Source: Caecitellus pseudoparvulus (lineage: Eukaryota; Protista; Bigyra: Bicosoecida). Taken from it: a stretch of 64,000 nt of DNA. The position numbers and the translations under genes were made by a program. The stretch spans positions 62,001 to 126,000 of the forward strand of contig CBFFRQ010000088.1 of the NCBI GenBank assembly GCA_965644315.1. Direction: 5' to 3'. Below are positions 61,401-64,000 of this stretch, in pieces (position 1 is the stretch's first letter; the number at the start of each line of letters is the position of its first letter). The notes below the pieces were generated by a model. It did no database searches. It was given only the letters and a program-made list of their open reading frames with translations, and had not been told where the DNA came from.

Positions 61401-64000
61401 GACATGCCAACACACAGTCCACTGGGCGCGAGCCGTCCTTGCACTCGGACATCTTGCACCGCCCCTCCGACGCTAACAACCTCTTCGGCATCGTGCCGCA
61501 ACACGCCTGCGATATCTGCCGTTAAAATCGGCACGTGGGCAGTGAAGGTGGTGCCAGCCAGCGATGCGAAAGCTTTGCCCACTTCCAACTCCCCCCAAGC
61601 GCGGCCATCGTACAAAGCGTGCGCGCGGATACGGCCCAGAGATAGCAGCACTGCTGTATCAGGCACTGAAGCCGGAGCAGCAGCCAGTGCTTCTGTGGGC
61701 GGCATGGGAATGTGCTCAGCTGCCGCCAAAGACTGCCGAGTCAGGACGTGGGCTCTACCAGCGGCAGCGTGGAATGCCAGCTCGTGGATATCTGGCGAAG
61801 CCTGCAGGAGGGTGTCCTGCACAGCAATAGAAGTTTGCGACGGAGCATCCGCAGCCGCATTTCCACTTGCATGTGACAGTCTGACGCCTGTGATAGCCAG
61901 AGCGAGGCCCGCCGCGCCAGCTGCGTCCAATGCCGAGGATGAGGTTTGCGAGCCTTGCGACCAGCCGACGGCAGGGTGCACCATGGGGGACAGGTGCTCA
62001 GCAGCAGGCATCTCAGCTGTAGAGCAAGCCCGTAAGTGTACTTCTGCAAGGTTGAGCGTCAAGCTGAGGGTAGCAGGGAGCGCTTGGGCGGCTGCAGTAG
62101 CGGTGGATGGCGCGCGCCCCAGCGCTGAGTCTGCGCTGCGCGCTGATTCGCCGATCCAAAGATCCACGAACTTCTTCAAGTCTTGTGAGTGCTGCTGGGA
62201 ATCACGCTGGACAAAGGCAGGAACGGAACGTGCCTTGTTCTGCATGGCTTCGCAGCCTTCATCAACGTGGAGAAAGGTGAGCTCTCCAAGCCAGTCGGGC
62301 AACGGGTAGCACCCAAACACCGACCGGATGATGCCGCTCAAGGCGATGTAGTGAGGGGCCCGAGCGAATGGCTGCGCATATGGCACGATTTCTCCCCATG
62401 GCTGCTGGGCACCGTCAAGGTGCTGCTTTGCAGCAGCATACAGCGGCTCGGAGCTGCCCAGCCCCACGAGTCGCGAGAGAACCCCTCCGCACTCTTCCGA
62501 GACGCGTTCGGCTATGTGCGAAATGGTGCAGGCGACATCTTGCGTGCGCGCCGCAGGGCCAGGCTCCAAGCTTCCAACGTGCGGGCCATGCTGCTTCCAG
62601 AGGCTTGCGTGTGGCAGTGAAACACCACCAACAGAGGCCTTGCGCGGGGAGGTGATAGGCGAAGCGTAGCTGCCATTTGGTGCAGCGTGGGCAGGTTCCT
62701 GGCTTGTGGCCAACGCATCTGGCGAACTGGGCTTGGGCTGATCCCCCGAAGGGGCGGTTCCACTTCGACTCAGTGGCAGCAGGCCATGAGGCTGCAGCGC
62801 AGCGAGAAACGTCTGCGTCAGCACGTCAGCATCAGCAGCTGCCATGCTTGCGTGAGCAGCCATGAGGTCTGCAAAACGCACGCCCACAGAGCGGAGTCCA
62901 GGCGTCCGAAGCCTCGCCATTGCTGCACCCTCCCCGTCTGGGCCTGACCAAGCACTCGATGGGAGGCGACCCCAAGGCAGAGCCCGCAGGAGGAGGTCCT
63001 GGAGGCGCTGCATGCGTGCTTCGTGTGCGGCAGCGACTCGGCAAGCTGCCTGGGACACGGTGGAGGACAGGGCGAGGGAATCTGAGACCACTTGCTGCAC
63101 AATGGAGCACGCGGCAGGGGCGAGGTGCCCCTCGATGGCCGCAACTTCTGCCCGGATACTGGTCTCGCCCACAGTGCCCGGTGTGCCCCACATCGCATCC
63201 ATCGCTGCCCCCCTGACAATGCCAGCCAGCAGGAGCTGCGGGGACCCAGCAAAGAAGGTTCCGGAGGCGAGAGTCAACGATTCATCTTCACTGATAGTGA
63301 GCGGAACGTCCAAGTAGTGCTGTGCGGCCGGTGTGTTTGCCCGGTGGGGCATGGAAGCGTCGCCAGTCCACGGCTGAGGTTCGGTGACGTAATTGGCGTC
63401 GGGAGAAAACCCACCAAACTCCTCGCCTACTGCTGAGGGCCGAAACCCGTCGCCTGAGCCTGTGGGATGCTGTTCTTGGACAGGGACTGCGAGGCCTTCC
63501 TCCTCTTGCCACACCCAAGGTGTCGCAGAGGCTGGCGACGACTCCAACTCATAGCGAGTGTGGGGCAAAGTCATGAAGGCCACGTTGTTCATGCTCGCTG
63601 GCCCTTCTGCTCCGCTTCCTTGCATCTTCAGGTTTGTTCCAACAGCAGCGAAAGCGTCCTTCAGCACAAACCGCGCCATCGACCACGCTGGCGCGCGCTC
63701 AAAGGCGCCCTCCGGACCGCGACTGCCACCCGAGTCCACCAGGCAACGGCTTCCGGCTGAGATGGAGATGTGTGGCGCGGCAACTGCCCATGATACAGAG
63801 TGCTGAGCAACGGGAGGCCCGTGCTGCGACATGAGCCGCAACGTCAGGGCCCGGGCAGAGGCAGACGTGTGACTCAACTCCTGGGTACCCAAGGCTTGCT
63901 GCCACGCAGGCAGTGCAGCTGTGAGAGGCGCCAAGTGGACCTGGGTGGTGCAGGCGGCACCCACAACAAGGAAGTTGAAGCCATCCACGCCATGCACCGC
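55430..64000 (-). CDS. Bridge-like lipid transfer protein of the BLTP1/KIAA1109/Csf1 family, C-terminal part. The start lies beyond the window.
   Basis: More than 2850 codons, open to the right edge and rich in amphipathic beta strands. The C-terminal segments ILRIPRYKITLQTSQ, VQYVFQSSFAGDIVASTN and FKFKPRLNL..IAFLLRQAG....LPESL.....PL match the Csf1/FSA_C pattern as I recall it. Confidence 0.7.
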   Translation of the reverse strand, partial: AVHGVDGFNFLVVGAACTTQVHLAPLTAALPAWQQALGTQELSHTSASARALTLRLMSQHGPPVAQHSVSWAVAAPHISISAGSRCLVDSGGSRGPEGAFERAPAWSMARFVLKDAFAAVGTNLKMQGSGAEGPASMNNVAFMTLPHTRYELESSPASATPWVWQEEEGLAVPVQEQHPTGSGDGFRPSAVGEEFGGFSPDANYVTEPQPWTGDASMPHRANTPAAQHYLDVPLTISEDESLTLASGTFFAGSPQLLLAGIVRGAAMDAMWGTPGTVGETSIRAEVAAIEGHLAPAACSIVQQVVSDSLALSSTVSQAACRVAAAHEARMQRLQDLLLRALPWGRLPSSAWSGPDGEGAAMARLRTPGLRSVGVRFADLMAAHASMAAADADVLTQTFLAALQPHGLLPLSRSGTAPSGDQPKPSSPDALATSQEPAHAAPNGSYASPITSPRKASVGGVSLPHASLWKQHGPHVGSLEPGPAARTQDVACTISHIAERVSEECGGVLSRLVGLGSSEPLYAAAKQHLDGAQQPWGEIVPYAQPFARAPHYIALSGIIRSVFGCYPLPDWLGELTFLHVDEGCEAMQNKARSVPAFVQRDSQQHSQDLKKFVDLWIGESARSADSALGRAPSTATAAAQALPATLSLTLNLAEVHLRACSTAEMPAAEHLSPMVHPAVGWSQGSQTSSSALDAAGAAGLALAITGVRLSHASGNAAADAPSQTSIAVQDTLLQASPDIHELAFHAAAGRAHVLTRQSLAAAEHIPMPPTEALAAAPASVPDTAVLLSLGRIRAHALYDGRAWGELEVGKAFASLAGTTFTAHVPILTADIAGVLRHDAEEVVSVGGAVQDVRVQGRLAPSGLCVGMSVNAVKSHVPLHALQTDSATSFAAEWLQTLATLHTAALVPASLPVPPSQATRQSSFFALLGIHRAHLLLNKASFHLQLTPTLGCQYDLSWLQASASAVAPAHGHPATDAVRMHLRSHAVEAQRRLKSRLSGRRQEDQATPHRLKLPPVSAQVVREVSEDWAGEAAKIQLLLRFEEADFSVSQDLVSELLQVQASLQGEIERAVGVLGALQEQWAAHQRPAQGHDLGATSSSVRSAFPVQPAEPSLGALEVILFQPAFKGQITLPIEVGSAPQACSLRVQTGMQVLHVCLPPTATLDSLSVRYHGTRLASSLWHHVAEEHDPSADFSGLPRSLAAPSVHSAAALAAGISKQGASHTLPLVFGVGGIPLKLLPQDSSLVAAASAAAAGLPHAYRTRAGSDVSNGHMEDLPPALRVAGFGVLVPSPAQGAQGDGKFLDGIAGGAALAWRATSDVSFSYAPKAAPSADGVPSTKHVKLAFDKSSVTLFPSAPRVSASFQRELTERFAQYIRHATELQQSTAPRGGRVALPTKIWPADRPASPTGRNHHAAPAAYPGAEGGLSDDGLAGLWSGAGSFAALPAVTAAVSVSRAVLTLPFVEGLPHLPATSARQAPADVAPSEVSDCMSLAVEEVLLEAEVSQVSQPSGHELPGRAPLKLPLGFANLSGTDFGVAMKANVSNLAILSRPRWSLQGWVAQGPSRCKYDRFVRPGVDHLLAEAAQQHTPEDPSDPGKQPDEHVLALRNVMLLPALSASVSVALAGVPTSHEARALVFCAGGVSAAAPVIRVSPEVVIAATSCLACWQATAAQLDRTLGRLRSEQSAPVDLSHGDEYSPSLPHPRTFVGGASNMDDAWWVNPIVAVSLTVVVGGGFAEFLGPVAASDADGASSGVLQRLPMPAATVSLEGFSHVGDSSAARIATQRLAHVPLHNVALLQLHCGPIEVSHSLFAFWQETFAAYNSMRGAWRFHRKWLAAFSADTDTAHMSRSDSKGATAVQRRGHGTQHREGSAQTSATASPEAQQTATKSWLAALPRGMALKLLIDAEGQQPEAHFDGQGDLKCRITCAPVASDVWCNLYAGGPMTLTAAVVHDAAGGTALSALVCLPRLEVKLVSSDQAAASPSGGRSAPRHRPRASSRLGTGESIALHVVVHQLTLPASLTDRAPLTGVAGPPSVSGTLHVNSIETTLDCNQIDAIMSFQTAWVYNLLQAQALLQSAFGGGPTPRASLDPAAEQPDAEESAPVQGTLQWLRDAQHDARLLLALDTVRVTSHMERAARVTATVLVEETRVAVAMLPLVQALLARRRSFCAFLCRKVLVASRGDLWSVGYVQDSTLFLEHAVDDDVDLRGWQQEQQAQGHAELPDAAPLAKALRESVALTVGGGVAAVKGSMYSSTGHGSYSMLGDARVFDEAMYLQRPPQSSVCLAQVDLQEGVVWMEDDPSGALEVQQSLSIDSLAMLVTPEAIRIPSEKWTSLNREVLTAAAREAINAVSSLARQLDPHLTFTSSASTAAQEPARVGPGGMPFAGHRGGTRGAPPPPAHPALRGPPFAARGRTILQIRELTAMLYGSAPVPGYVTERLAVEAVQVTLGLRQMQPGGEGGNIERLIVHSMQSFETLWQASSNLPSPPATPLANWSVGFSPASSSIAAVVAGASGTRSDTILRIPRYKITLQTSQAVVQSAGAQLGALRPQAPDLPSMPFGVVSQDRVREALMAQAGLLGEGVGASGPPTDSVCSADVQYVFQSSFAGDIVASTNLDRYTGSGLTPRTLFEKFTPDEHGSKLAVSSQAMLNNLKGVLGDRQRAWESALAKLAGPEAAAEALRMAMASSQADPTPTQPPGLFFKPDYSRHKVPFKFKPRLNLANLDIAFLLRQAGVMSDTMLPESLFVSAGVPLMHALALGGAWLRWDPGQSVSTFAARLQRLPPEGPPQRPSARLPPRGAAHTLPPRRLHAPRTRTDDSQDSHHHSLSSSSRGKPSSAAGYRMRKKARPSQQGQDVARR

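Noticed and set aside
1-64000. An operon-like defence or biosynthetic system, for example nuclease + HD hydrolase + protease + ABC ATPase at 31058-41773
   Set aside because: The genes are intron-containing, on mixed strands and belong to unrelated housekeeping families. I saw no transposase, integrase, viral gene, repeat-spacer array or compositional island. Only conserved synteny across species would revive the idea.

Overview
A gene-dense, GC-rich (roughly 65% by eye) eukaryotic nuclear window, probably from a flagellated protist. The style resembles bicosoecid-type stramenopiles, but that is inference only. It is not a prokaryotic operon. I can support 17 protein-coding genes, two of them open at the window edges, and many must be rebuilt across short GT-AG introns (mostly 60-120 nt) that the ORF track fragments. 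In order: ATR kinase, VPS16, a SHIPPO-repeat/p25-alpha-like protein, SUZ12 (PRC2), SDHAF4, a tandem-DUF1279 mitochondrial protein, a 2569-aa CH/EF-hand-like giant, an RRP6L3/EXD2-type exonuclease, an HD phosphohydrolase, Nma111/DEG7 protease, a solo LolD-type ABC ATPase, an R2R3 Myb factor, a Kelch protein, a DUF711 protein, an orphan beta-propeller multi-pass membrane protein, tRNA isopentenyltransferase and a BLTP1/Csf1 lipid-transfer giant. I found no RNA genes, CRISPR arrays or mobile elements, and no convincing novel multi-gene system. The best leads are a hexamer AATGCA just downstream of many stop codons (candidate non-canonical poly(A) signal), a recurrent ATTTCCGC motif near 5' ends, the orphan receptor-like protein, and conserved domains split by very large low-complexity insertions. 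All family calls come from motif recognition, not database searches.
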